Shown: one piece after another, positions 29,501 through 37,579 of the stretch
How the letters are laid out: each line of letters starts with the position of its first letter
How positions within the stretch are numbered: the first letter of the stretch is position 1
IMG/VR virus record: IMGVR_UViG_3300027764_000007
Coordinates: 6,515-70,514 of that record
Origin: a virus
Lineage: Duplodnaviria > Caudoviricetes
Strand: one strand, 5' to 3'
DNA length: 64,000 bases
Program-made: the position numbers and the translations under genes
Notes under the pieces: generated by a model
What the model saw: only the letters and a program-made list of their open reading frames with translations
The model's database searches: none
What the model was told of the DNA's origin: nothing

Positions 29501-31361
29501 CCTCGGGAGATTCCATCTGTGTTACCAGAGCTTCAACATCATCTCCTTGTGGCAGCTCACGCCCGATAACCATTTCATTTTCTTGTCTTGCTATGGTCAG
29601 GAATTGTTCTGCCCTGTTTAATTCCGCTGCCAAGTCAGCAGCAGATTTTGGATCCTCGAGCTTCTTAATAGCTTCGACTAGATTTGCAGCTTTAAGCTTG
29701 AACAACTCCAGTCTTGCTGGTGTCTCCTTACCCGCTGCAATGATCGCTTCTGTAGCAGCCAGGTCAGCTTTCTTGGCTGCGATCGCTTCAGGAGTACCGA
29801 GTAATTGGGCAGCTTTTGCCTCACTTAATTGAGTCTCCAAACCAGAAACAATAGCGTCCATTTTCTGGGTAGCTTCAGTTCTTTGCTCCTCAGTCAGCTC
29901 CATGTTTTGGGCACGAGCACGCAATGCCGCTGCTGCCTTACCAGGATGGTAAACATCAGTATTCTTTGGATCAGTCAACTCCGTGACATCCCCGGCCTCT
30001 TCGGCTTTTTTGACAAGCTCGTTCTGTACTAACCCTACCAATGCTTTTTTGTTTGCCTCTACGGTGCGCAACTGACTGGCATTCCGTAATCCCTGCGCCG
30101 CTTCGCTCGCTTGGGTTACTGCAGCCAGTGGCGTTGCTACCGCCCCACCGACTCCTCCACCGATTACCATGCTTTCGTAAATCTGGGCACCAGTGGCAGG
30201 GTCAAGTTTGGCTTGCCCTTCCATGACGGTCTGCAGCCCTTCAGTGGTGGCCTCGGAAACGGTACCAATTGCTGCTTCTTTGCCTACTCTTGCTGCTCTG
30301 CGAAGAATACTGGCTGGATCTATCAGCTCGGCTGCTTTACCTGCAGCACCCAACAAGGTGACATCGCCGGTCATCTCGAGCGCAGCTGAACCCAGTGCAT
30401 TCATCAGCATCCAGCGCCGGGTACCCTCATCAGGCATGGCACCATTGTTCTCTGTTTTGTAGTTCTCAATACCCGTGCGGTAACTCTCGATACCGTAGCC
30501 AATGTTGCGTACTGCCAATGCAGATTTGCTGGCAGCACCCAGTAAAAGATCAGGCACCATCTCCGCTGTGTACTCGGCAAATGCCATGGGATTTTCCATA
30601 GCAGCTTGCCCAGCGTTCAGGATCAGATCAGCAGCACCGGAGATGAAATCTACCGTGGCATCGAGCTTGTTCTCATCCCAACCAGCACTGGCTTCTTTGA
30701 GCTTAGCCAGCCCTTCCTGGTTGCGGATACCCAGCTCACCAGAGAGCTTGAATCGATTGCGCTGGTCTACAATACTGGAAGTATCGAAAGTATTATTGAG
30801 GTGGGTTGCTGTGTTGCGGGCTGCGTCAGCACGGTGAATCTGATTAAGGTAACTGGGAACAGTTTGTGCCGGGGTAGCAGGTGCGGGCAAACCATATGCC
30901 GCATAGGTGTCTACTGGCTGAGCTTTGGACTCTGGAGAGGAGTGCAGCAATGCCATGTCTTCTGGCGTAGCTGTGCCACCCTCAAATCTTGAGTTGGCTT
31001 CATACACATTCTGGGGAATTCCGGCATCAAGCGTTGCTGCTGCAGCATCGAAACCAACACTGCCAAGGCTACCGATGGCTTCAGTAGTTGCGGCAGCTGC
31101 AGAGGCTGCAATATTGACGACAGTATGGGGAATGCCACCACGTTCAAGTCCTAACTGCCCTGCCCATGATTGCTCAGCAATTCTGTCTCGATCCACTGCA
31201 GCACGCAAAGCAGATATCTTTTCTTCCTGTGCTCGAGCCACTTCAGCTTGTTTGTTGGCAATACCCGCAACAGCATTATTCCACGTAGCTGGATTAAGTC
31301 TTGCTCGGGATTGGTCTACGGAAGCACGGAGAAGAATTTCTGCTGGAGTGGGCTGAGCCAT
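20538..31361 (-). CDS. Virion-encapsidated RNA polymerase (N4 gp50-like)
   Basis: 3607 aa with no Cys seen; motif A FEVDGVANG, motif B RKLIKQPTTGIVFG, motif C LNVHDS; C-terminal RNPVRPLVEAGLYHTI and FVNYD as in N4 vRNAP. Confidence 0.95.
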   Translation of the reverse strand: MAQPTPAEILLRASVDQSRARLNPATWNNAVAGIANKQAEVARAQEEKISALRAAVDRDRIAEQSWAGQLGLERGGIPHTVVNIAASAAAATTEAIGSLGSVGFDAAAATLDAGIPQNVYEANSRFEGGTATPEDMALLHSSPESKAQPVDTYAAYGLPAPATPAQTVPSYLNQIHRADAARNTATHLNNTFDTSSIVDQRNRFKLSGELGIRNQEGLAKLKEASAGWDENKLDATVDFISGAADLILNAGQAAMENPMAFAEYTAEMVPDLLLGAASKSALAVRNIGYGIESYRTGIENYKTENNGAMPDEGTRRWMLMNALGSAALEMTGDVTLLGAAGKAAELIDPASILRRAARVGKEAAIGTVSEATTEGLQTVMEGQAKLDPATGAQIYESMVIGGGVGGAVATPLAAVTQASEAAQGLRNASQLRTVEANKKALVGLVQNELVKKAEEAGDVTELTDPKNTDVYHPGKAAAALRARAQNMELTEEQRTEATQKMDAIVSGLETQLSEAKAAQLLGTPEAIAAKKADLAATEAIIAAGKETPARLELFKLKAANLVEAIKKLEDPKSAADLAAELNRAEQFLTIARQENEMVIGRELPQGDDVEALVTQMESPEDTPERAAANSSIISLAMADPTRLTPVVLDRILNTESTVLTQEDRTLLQKTADAMYAVDELKDTESVHANVLNGDADFRGLTAYVKSMGQALFRKQQSVAQRQLEMLGMLKASHEGKAAAFAKGIAMMEQAAAKGNKSSLYLLKDTEAPGGWKISNTLTVAGSTVKAKPEFTFGAYPNQIAGASKVKSYVDRELKAIGLTLDQMDAGYARTFNGKTVEQVKAPVKQQEKIATAEVVVEAPVEKVAPPAAEKKTSTTTPKVVEPAADTNSVVESETAVEVTQTSKTNKLVAALEQAMAALGDDDSIDPNVKTHPELFKAEELAFNNLRAEIQRLITRMQAFGAEEPNRLQERLDELAYAPDDTSSDDLLKLYNDTIAYAKEVNKTQGNLFDNKVEVPPAQEIDPVDTEIAALLREQETALEDTTESQAETTEETNTEAAPALTVQGNAKQGDYQNPKKVNLLDYFFQPEPKEGNKSVNPLVSVANFLSEVTNGKVDVAEWLGNKLSDEQGDFLGLFYRYAREWNGAIFANTNMPKPSPAHFYKDPVQYKMEYLEDDKGNIILNEDGVATVVSNIPENWATAISYAAFSWLSEDGDKVGFNNDDKQINRILRRSKDIAVWPTERAVLWDAGIAPNLLIPDLGQRIFNALGFKVRPDAPLNEVEKFKSALGNHALVMMIQSGFVERQAINMADLPNRSGDTGDSDIEMGSENVAPPSTAPKTTKTKMPRYSPFIRPVRVDGVLSNQVKGMVNSRKGTQSVLDKLFSVEPSLKIPSFVPTKWKQEFAAKTRKLIPKAMQPLMKFANEQPNKIRTDMQKVRRSISQDTLESIVGIIDTVNTFVHGYDLKGVEASNEASRRELNNLDEFEGIVAAQPEGMDSKFYLTPAVQRHQRVGYQENMVNPQSSTIHRRSMYLENSATEIDALADKEAVALFKLAIAQGMGIPVDKMNPSKALEKLELLMETSEVGLAVAALINAESLPDGKLLTSEEQNAIAAAVKKGKEKLHSLDALVHWAKYTKAVSHESDNKFTSTIIFEVDGVANGPSFAHILMGVVSEARGKMFGFFKESVGVSSYPEWKSLPGTQDLYEETMSAIIARLAQSTHEGKLDYLGAVKFFTGNLGDEQSVSIPGRKLIKQPTTGIVFGGGAARAASNMGEHFVDLFYAQLTKAANGAEFSLADVVRNANLLLPKGMQLIAPKTEEGAMGLYLSDDQRDHMKAMFADLVGENVEATMKQNFGEFMKVRNILNSAAQEGWTLYNTAFEYYRYQRIQEKVKLLELPHASNQAGDKRALQDLTPEEIDAIRAKIAHLDPTIHTAMSSAEKDKSAGLQLGKLSRGITEKNDLPYRADTNMGVQYEAEIVGGKKKLTTSIKSSSTKIKDTDPGVGTIIMGVHSMESAISMNSYGTIPALNVHDSNGFGVKHMMAGAMRMNEMTFHYLANYSLPMEILDSYLNTVAAANELAAEDPALAEAFSLAMVEVNKRRITLMKKEKRTFEQLLGQTAVDAENNKLTFLLQQDYVNQYAMVNGMYTITADDRKMLLLKIAQLKEKATSFGVYKFTPPRGAKQKPGVNSTAWGELGTPAVDSSWALTQYLKTATNPTLKGILPVLMKHIQDIGLPPQSRDFQMALLRQLNKVVDGDIPIIYITADSDIPVPAESNFTSARGGYYVEKIGGKEVIYIKSPEFSTSGVTSETMLHELVHAAVAQIIAKSPGLAPVKELVKLMELARLKVEETGTQDKYGKIVTDIQEFVAWGMTNIAFQTEILGAINMEPGNAKALEKTGMRRFIEKLVEIVFRGSKATDAARKVNGMAILIGNVSLLMDEQKKTLGATKKMAISLNHQDPAPLHYTTMQVFDALAGSNSTSLDFNEHLRSMLASISNVAYGPFGALKAAAERKAPMGAEDVFLESLRTGKLPFASAATGQLKLSDKELFTLESIEVTVRETLGNSQLAQREIAKIYREAKQAMSAKDFHVGDWATATQAEKQRAEKTYAFVFTPQQGADGTSDYLSRFTAIGLAYPPMYAKLATIRPKVGLDMFKGKSLMDRLDILVKLLLQSLAYVGTLTSHKQNSAQRLKALAERLAKLEAKRKAQLIVEQNTVPAAYEKALERAGESVRKAIVDTANAPSIKNNSVALVRVAGKLTSAVASGTVGTILDGIRKLRNKQNFQERDGTTAALLGELQGVADKDISLLKLLRASKQIEQARAKIDQTVSGQVGGGFAEPLSEIESSAVTRAFVRTDIASLIKEYSMEQLAEFLKSPKSLEKAITALAAKLTGPDKVYYQNRAQDLGDFLSEDIAGTPNLQFNAYNIAHRLGTARYGKVDAQIAADNIPVIDKLASLYALYYLPDSIKKPAHAVLTRELARADKHNGIELVLKLHADLQNDAKENLFAEGMVHYMKGYTKEIFNPHIEVEVATLKGGEKLLMAGWIKVGKLEKDDADARPDDYFIYTRRDGGGAPRVSGALSITGQVSRGTSTHGGITSATGEFAYMGNVRKNQAIARAQRKDIAELDSPRQGFARVRSKKPVMVPVFSPTGTITAYRYLMSATMKDDLLGRDNRVDRVLGRMSGHTFDKINSAPQNELIIETLHSKYKQEFAKDPEAFVEFSEDSADPEVANAYRLLPSDAKRHINKIWGVDRMMINADAYNMMIGYRKYKASAVFDKDETLRTAPEKIAMGIASFILWGDKTGMRAKFVEQGWQTIMGEVKDFFVVKSLSTMLGNNKFNMVQLAAMGVPVKDIIRDHITAFIGIFTYQMDEAELDKLKNILRIKYVQGDTAAIEARIVELEDSLKRNPVRPLVEAGLYHTIAEDIDTSEDLDAYKNKLGRFTEKVVARLPDKVRAIGEGVYMTHDTTLYQLLSRGTHAGDFMARYTLYKHATTRTVDKLDHAAAVELADKSFVNYDIPTDQKVQYINDMGIIPFTKYYLRMQSVLFAIYHDKPGRVLALAALNNVTSIVPSITDPVIWEWLLRNPAGAGPFNYVDAIQEGLTVKALDTVL

Positions 31362-31429
31362 TTAATTTCCTGCCTTGGTTACGAAACTTGGCGTAACGTA
31401 ACAAGGCTGGAAATTTTAATCTGACATTC

Positions 31430-33232
31430 TTAACGCGGGGTTTGCCAGCGAGCACCCATAGCGGGAGCAGGTCTATCTTTTAGGCGGTCTTCCATCGTTT
31501 GCTGCCAACGTGATTGCCCGTGTGTGTAAGCGGCTTCTTGGGCAGCAGCTGCTATCGCTGCGGCTTTATCCTCTTCAGCTTTTTTTGCTTCTGCTGCCGT
31601 ATTACTTAAAAGGGCACCTCGTAATGAACGCTCTTGATCTTGCATAGTGCCACCACGACCAAATCTTGATGCGGCACCATTTCGCAGGTCTGTGCTGTAC
31701 TGCTCAAACAAGGCATAACTTTCATCCCTGTCACGAATTTCCGGCCTGTTGGCATACAGCTGCAGAAGCTCTGAAACAGGTTTGTCCTCTTCAAAATAAT
31801 CTGCGCCGTACATCATAAGGATTGCGGTAATATCGCTGGGCACCAGTCGGATTTTCGTGCTGGTACCCTCCAGTTTTACACCAGACTCAAGTGCTTCACT
31901 GACACCATTGATAATGTCTTGTGCAGCATCCTGGTTATTCTGGATGGCTTCTTTAAGTTGTTCATTGTTCTCCATCTCAGCACGTACAGCTTCGGCCACA
32001 GCTGTAGCAGGATTGGCATCCTTTTCCAGGTATAGGGGATTGTTCGCTATGCCCAATGATGATGCGGCCAGCTCTTCTTCTTGCGCTATCGTTGCCATAT
32101 CTGAAGCATTGATGCGGGACTTGTCTGCCAAACCAGACTCAAATTGTGCAACAGCCAACGCTACTTCAGTAGGTGGCATTGTTGGGTATTGCGCCACCAG
32201 CTCTTCTTTAAATTTCTGAGTAGCTTGCGTCTCCGATTGGCCACCAGAAAACATTCCTGCTTCTGCTATTGCAGCGTCAAATCGGGTCAACGTAGCAGCG
32301 TCAGTATTCTCAAAATCAAGCACGCCACCCTTATTGGTTACCCCCATATCTATGGCCAATGTGGTGAAGTCATCCATGTTTTGCGCTTGGCTCTGTGCCC
32401 AAGCATCCGGGCGAGTGTTTATGCTCCGGCTTACGTCTTCTCCACGGGCTTTCAACATATCCGCTTCGTCTTCTCCGCTGATCTGCATAGAGAGATCACC
32501 GTAAAGTGCCAGCGCGCTTAAACCTACTTTGTGCTTCTCAGCCAGTGCCTTGGCGTCAGTATTCCTGCCTGCCCCCAGAAGCCCTCTTACTTCATCCGCA
32601 ATAGGCGTGAATTCGTTAACCAATGCTTCCCGATCCAGTCTAGTTTGCCGGTCAGTTACGCCGTTATCCCAAGTTGTTTGGGCATGAGTGTTTTGCAATG
32701 TTTTTTGCGCGTAGTCAGCTGCGAAAATGGCGAGGTCATCCCCTACGCCTCCACGATCAAACAAACCTTTGTGTTTTGCCATCAACTCCGCTTGCTGCAT
32801 AGCGTCACCAGACACTACAGCTGCTCGGAAAGCGTCAGCCAAGGGATTAACTTCAGTCATCAGCTGACGATCATCGAATGCAGCCTTGGCGTTGGCCCGC
32901 TGCTGTAACTCTGGCAGACGTGCCTCTGTAGCACTACGAACAGCATTCCTGTCGTAGTCATTATTGAGTGAACCTCTGAGCTGTTCGATACTGGCTTGAG
33001 CTGCCTGAAACTCTTCTGGCGTGGTCGGCTTAGCCAGCGCATCCATCATTGTGTTGGTATTGTTGTTGGTCACCGTAGTACGGTTACGATCACGTAAACC
33101 TTGCTGATCCTTGACTACCCCGGTGATGCCTGCAAGAGCAGAACCAAAGCTGGCATTGGCTCCTTTCAATAGGTCCACTGCAGCTGGATCTACTGTGGTA
33201 CTGACGTTTCTCCAAGTGATCGGGGTAGCCAT
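31430..33232 (-). CDS. Internal virion/ejection protein (N4 gp51-like)
   Basis: MATPITWRNV N-terminus; position upstream of vRNAP. Confidence 0.75.
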   Translation of the reverse strand: MATPITWRNVSTTVDPAAVDLLKGANASFGSALAGITGVVKDQQGLRDRNRTTVTNNNTNTMMDALAKPTTPEEFQAAQASIEQLRGSLNNDYDRNAVRSATEARLPELQQRANAKAAFDDRQLMTEVNPLADAFRAAVVSGDAMQQAELMAKHKGLFDRGGVGDDLAIFAADYAQKTLQNTHAQTTWDNGVTDRQTRLDREALVNEFTPIADEVRGLLGAGRNTDAKALAEKHKVGLSALALYGDLSMQISGEDEADMLKARGEDVSRSINTRPDAWAQSQAQNMDDFTTLAIDMGVTNKGGVLDFENTDAATLTRFDAAIAEAGMFSGGQSETQATQKFKEELVAQYPTMPPTEVALAVAQFESGLADKSRINASDMATIAQEEELAASSLGIANNPLYLEKDANPATAVAEAVRAEMENNEQLKEAIQNNQDAAQDIINGVSEALESGVKLEGTSTKIRLVPSDITAILMMYGADYFEEDKPVSELLQLYANRPEIRDRDESYALFEQYSTDLRNGAASRFGRGGTMQDQERSLRGALLSNTAAEAKKAEEDKAAAIAAAAQEAAYTHGQSRWQQTMEDRLKDRPAPAMGARWQTPR

Positions 33233-33234
33233 AA

Positions 33235-33738
33235 TTACTTCACTCCAAACTTGTTCATGTAGTCACTTACGGAGAGATACTCACTGGGATTACCTGAACT
33301 CCTTGCACGATGCTGGTCTTCCAATTGTGCATTGGTCAGCCTGCGCTGGGTGTCGTAGTTCATTTCAAACTCTTTCTTGCTTTGCTTGAAGGAATCTTTG
33401 GCCAAACCATATTGCTTCATGCCCATGAAGCCATCCATCAGTGTGCCGGCTGCTGCTAATGCAGGGATTGCCCAGCCACCTATCTCAGTGCCGTCTGGTC
33501 TTTTGTGTCCAAATGCTTTGCCCATGAAGCCAATTGGAGCAGCACCGAGTAGCCCCTTGCCCATTGTGCCCGCGACACCACCAGGAACAGCAGCACGTAC
33601 CTTGGGAAGTTTACTCAGTATCGGCACATAGTCCGTAGGGGTGTAGTTCATTGTGGGTGGCTGAACCGCGTCAGTTGAACCCCCAAGAGTAAACATGTTC
33701 TTAAGCCCCTGCATGGGGTTAAATGTTCTCTCATCCAC
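33235..33738 (-). CDS. Virion protein (N4 gp52-like)
   Basis: FMGMKQYGLAKDSFKQSKKEFEMNYDTQRRLTNAQLED; synteny. Confidence 0.75.
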   Translation of the reverse strand: MDERTFNPMQGLKNMFTLGGSTDAVQPPTMNYTPTDYVPILSKLPKVRAAVPGGVAGTMGKGLLGAAPIGFMGKAFGHKRPDGTEIGGWAIPALAAAGTLMDGFMGMKQYGLAKDSFKQSKKEFEMNYDTQRRLTNAQLEDQHRARSSGNPSEYLSVSDYMNKFGVK

Positions 33739-36010
33739 GGTAAGAATCTCCTATTGATGTCTGTATGGTAGGCAGTGTGAGCGAAACTTTTACAAAATTC
33801 TGGATAATTTCAAAGGACTTAACTCCTACGTTCCCCGTGTGTGTTGTTCTATTGAAGAACTGTGTAGGAGACTCCCCAAATATGATGATGGGTTCTCTTC
33901 GTATGAAGGTCATTGGGTCGAGTAGTGAGTTGATGTTAAGCAGTGCTTGCGCTGCGTTGAGTTGCTCTAGTTGGGTTTCTCTGAGGGCATTGAAGCTACT
34001 AACTGCATCTCCCAGTTTGGAGAATATGTCGTGCAGCTCTTTCTGTATCCCCTTACCCAACCCGTTGACTACGTTGAGCATCACATCAGCGCCGTAAAGG
34101 GTGATTACCATGTCCTTCTTGAGTATGTTGTAGCCACCATAGACTGCAGCGATTGCTGCAATAAACATTGCCAGGTCAACACCCACAGCCTCTACCACTT
34201 CAATAGCAACTACGCTTATTGCTGCAGGTATTACGAATACTTCCAGAACTATCTTGAGTGTTGCTACATACAGCGCAGTTGCTGTTCCCGCGTCAATGGC
34301 TGCAGCCAGCAACTTATACGATTTCCCTAGGGATTTAATGGTAACTACCACGGCGATTGCAACCAGAATGGCGCGGAAAGCCCCTGTCTGATACCACGCT
34401 GTCTTGGTCACCACCATTGAGTTCACTACCAAGTGTAGCGATCGGTAGTACAACCGTTCCCGGACTATGGGAGACATCTGGCTTGTAATACTGTAATCCA
34501 AGGGGATTAACAGCAGGTCATCCACCCCCGAGCCGATGACTGACTTAGTGCCGTAGATATCGTATCGGGTACGTGGGTTTACTATGCGAACCTCGTCATA
34601 CACCCCAGTGCTTCTTTGCTTGCGCAGAATCCTCACTACGTCAGCACCTTGAATCTGGTACCCACCCGTATCAACCGAAGCCACGGTGTTGGTGAAGAAG
34701 CCAATAGGTCCAATGGAGCCTGCGCGGGATTTGCGTATGATCCTGTCGTAGCTGATCACAATGCTGAAGTCTGCATCTGAAATCTGCACAGCATGGTTTG
34801 GGATTTCCCCATTACTGCGCGTGGCAATATGATTAAGTGCATCATTGATGGTGAAGGTGGTATCCCCCTCCAGCTCAATGAAATGCCGCATCAAGTAATC
34901 AATCTCATCTTGATTCTGTGAGTTGATGGGTACCGCCATCATTAGCACAGCTTGCTCTACATCAGCAATATCCGGGCTGCTATGCACGGAGTCACTGAAT
35001 TGTTGGAAGTCGATATTGATATAGGACAACAGCTTCTTGGTCGTCAGGTATTCTGGCGTGCCAGCCAGTGCCGGCGTTGCCCTGTTTTCCCCCTCTCTGC
35101 GGATTATAGCGAAGGGGAAATAGGTACCCGGTGCGGTATACCCAACATCGAAAATAGCATCCAATGCTGGATGCAATGCGTCCTCTGCATCGTATGTCCA
35201 GTACCCCACATTAAAACCAGCCACACCGGTGAAATGGTATCTGGCTTGGTAATATTCCTTGTCTTCATCGTAAGCGGCTAAGGACACAACGATGTTGTCA
35301 CTCATCACCGCTGGTTGTGTGGTGTATAAGCCTGTTGTTGGGCTTCTTACTCCCGGAACAGTCCACGTATAAACGATTTTGACAGCCTCTGGGCCATCTG
35401 GGTCTACCTCGTAGCTCTGGGCATAGATAATCTCCTGCAGCACCGCTAAGTTCAACGCTGCACGCTCAGGGGTGTATCCCTCTACCCCGCTACGCTCCCA
35501 CGCACCCAGAGCGGTATTCTCCGCCATGGCGAGGTAATCCAGTCTATAGATCGGCACCAGGTCTTCCAGGTGTACAGGATGTCCCACAGTAGTGGTTAAA
35601 TCCTCGATCTCATTCGTAATTATGTTGTACCCATAGTCTTCAACCAATGCCTTCCAGCCCATGTGAATATTATTCAGGGGGCGGAAGTAGGCGTAGTCGA
35701 TTGTCACCGCATGCCCAAGTTCTGTTTCAATTGCTGCTTTGATTGCAGCAGAAGCATCAGTGCTCTTGAGCATAGTGGCATCGGGCAAACCATAGAAATA
35801 ATCCCCGGACTGCGCGTATTTATACATCTTCTCAAAGTTGCGAAAAGGGCTGTTGGCAATGCCTTCGCGGATAGAGTCCACCAATTTACGTTTGGTGAAT
35901 ACGCTGCGTATCGCGCTCTCCACAATTGTATTGGGAAGCTGGTTATCTGCAATGATGCGCACCACTGCAGTGTCTACATTGATCTTACGCTTGGTGCTGA
36001 ATATGCCCAT
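33731..36010 (-). CDS. Structural protein (N4 gp53-like)
   Basis: 759 aa, MGIFSTKRKI, YFPFAIIR, hydrophobic C-terminus; synteny. Confidence 0.75.
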   Translation of the reverse strand: MGIFSTKRKINVDTAVVRIIADNQLPNTIVESAIRSVFTKRKLVDSIREGIANSPFRNFEKMYKYAQSGDYFYGLPDATMLKSTDASAAIKAAIETELGHAVTIDYAYFRPLNNIHMGWKALVEDYGYNIITNEIEDLTTTVGHPVHLEDLVPIYRLDYLAMAENTALGAWERSGVEGYTPERAALNLAVLQEIIYAQSYEVDPDGPEAVKIVYTWTVPGVRSPTTGLYTTQPAVMSDNIVVSLAAYDEDKEYYQARYHFTGVAGFNVGYWTYDAEDALHPALDAIFDVGYTAPGTYFPFAIIRREGENRATPALAGTPEYLTTKKLLSYINIDFQQFSDSVHSSPDIADVEQAVLMMAVPINSQNQDEIDYLMRHFIELEGDTTFTINDALNHIATRSNGEIPNHAVQISDADFSIVISYDRIIRKSRAGSIGPIGFFTNTVASVDTGGYQIQGADVVRILRKQRSTGVYDEVRIVNPRTRYDIYGTKSVIGSGVDDLLLIPLDYSITSQMSPIVRERLYYRSLHLVVNSMVVTKTAWYQTGAFRAILVAIAVVVTIKSLGKSYKLLAAAIDAGTATALYVATLKIVLEVFVIPAAISVVAIEVVEAVGVDLAMFIAAIAAVYGGYNILKKDMVITLYGADVMLNVVNGLGKGIQKELHDIFSKLGDAVSSFNALRETQLEQLNAAQALLNINSLLDPMTFIRREPIIIFGESPTQFFNRTTHTGNVGVKSFEIIQNFVKVSLTLPTIQTSIGDSYRG

Positions 36011-36021
36011 GGTTTCCCCAG

Positions 36022-36045
36022 AAAAAAGGGAGCCGAAGCTCCCCC
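36022..36045 (-). terminator. Rho-independent terminator
   Basis: Minus strand GGGAGC-TTCG-GCTCCC followed by T-tract, after the gp54-like gene. Confidence 0.75.
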
Positions 36046-36068
36046 ATTACACATCATTCCCGTGGGAG

Positions 36069-36920
36069 TTACGGGGTAACCCCTTGGATCAATTTCAATA
36101 TCACCGGACCAATATTCGCGTCATCCAACTTGTTGGTGTTGTTCACCTGAACACTCCCAACAGTTGATTGGCGAACATTAAAGGTGTCCAGCAATATCTG
36201 TGCAGCCTTCTGCTCTGCATCTCTGAGGAAGCCGGCAGCTTGGTTGGTGTACAGCGTGATCTGTTTGCCCAGTACGCTGCCAGCATCGATAGCTGTGCTA
36301 CTGGTTTGAGCTGCTTCAGTGACTTTACGCTGGGTGATCAACAGCTTCTCTTCGCCCACTCTCAGCGTGTTGGCTGCAGTGAAATCGAACTCCGCCTGCA
36401 GCTTACATTTCTGCGCGGTTAGTACGTCGCCTTCAAGAGCAGCATTGGCAACCTGTGCTGTGACCAACAACACTTCCTGATCCAGCTTCAGCCCCTCTTT
36501 AGGGATCAGCAGCAGTTCAGCATCCAGCTTCAAACCTTGTTTAGGAATCAGCAATGCTTCAGCGATCAGGTTTGTTTTTTGCTGCACAGCGACATCTTTC
36601 TGTGCGCTCACCATAAGAATATCACTGGCGACTTTCCCTGTTTCAGCGTCCACCAAAAGCTTTTCAGCGCTCACCTTGGCGGTCTGCGCTACGATCAACA
36701 AATTCTCAAGAGCTACCTTCTCCTGTTGGAGAAGGAACTCAAGGGATTGGGCCATTACCGAATTTAATGCCCCCAGGTACACGGTGGCATACTCTGCCCC
36801 CTTAATACGGTTTGCAGTAACTTCCTCCAGCAAGTGGGCTTTCATAACCTGCATCAGCTTATCGAATACGCCGTTGCCTGCTACGGTGCCACTGGTTAAA
36901 TCTGCTACTACAATTGCCAT
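36069..36920 (-). CDS. Structural protein (N4 gp54-like)
   Basis: GNGVFDKLM...IKGAEYATVYLG, GKQITLYTNQAAGFLRDAEQKAA; synteny. Confidence 0.8.
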   Translation of the reverse strand: MAIVVADLTSGTVAGNGVFDKLMQVMKAHLLEEVTANRIKGAEYATVYLGALNSVMAQSLEFLLQQEKVALENLLIVAQTAKVSAEKLLVDAETGKVASDILMVSAQKDVAVQQKTNLIAEALLIPKQGLKLDAELLLIPKEGLKLDQEVLLVTAQVANAALEGDVLTAQKCKLQAEFDFTAANTLRVGEEKLLITQRKVTEAAQTSSTAIDAGSVLGKQITLYTNQAAGFLRDAEQKAAQILLDTFNVRQSTVGSVQVNNTNKLDDANIGPVILKLIQGVTP

Positions 36921-36941
36921 ATCTGTACCCTCGGGTCTTAC

Positions 36942-37508
36942 TTAAGCGGATGTGCCGTTTGCCATTGCCTGTCGCTGAGCCAAGTCACGAAGCTCTGCAG
37001 GGGTCAGATGCGTAAGAATCTCCACAGCAAACTCATTGCTGAGGTAGCCTTTACGGATTTTGTGGCCGTTCACTGTGATGGTCTTGAACAGCTGACACTT
37101 GCGCTCTTGAATCATACTCAGAATCATGCGCGGTACATGCCAGTCCACGTTGAAAGGCACCATCTTCTTGAAAGTACCAACGACACTGTTACCCACACAG
37201 AAGATTTCACCTTCCCACTCTTTTTTGGCTGGGTTCATGCAAACAACGCGGCAGCGCACCAATTCTGCGGCCTCACGCTTCTTCGCAGCAGCAAGCTGCC
37301 CAGCGGTCAGAGCTGGAGCAGCTGCCTCAATCTCAGCAGGCGGCACAGGCCCATCGTCTGGTTCATCACTCAGACCGGCTTTGATCTTTTCTTTCAGACT
37401 CTCCAAGCCAATGCTTGGATGAAACTTGATCCCCAACAATGTTGCACGAGCTTTTAACGTGGCCAGCTCATCTTGACCCGATAGCTCTTCTTGGTTTTCG
37501 TCAGACAT
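36942..37508 (-). CDS. Structural protein (N4 gp55-like)
   Basis: ELATLKARATLLGIKFHPSIGLESLKEKI; LRDLAQRQAMA. Confidence 0.8.
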   Translation of the reverse strand: MSDENQEELSGQDELATLKARATLLGIKFHPSIGLESLKEKIKAGLSDEPDDGPVPPAEIEAAAPALTAGQLAAAKKREAAELVRCRVVCMNPAKKEWEGEIFCVGNSVVGTFKKMVPFNVDWHVPRMILSMIQERKCQLFKTITVNGHKIRKGYLSNEFAVEILTHLTPAELRDLAQRQAMANGTSA

Positions 37509-37579
37509 TTGATTACTCCGTTAAGTAGTCCAATTAAGAGCTGGAGGGTAGACTCAACAGAATCTACCCCCCGGTCTCA

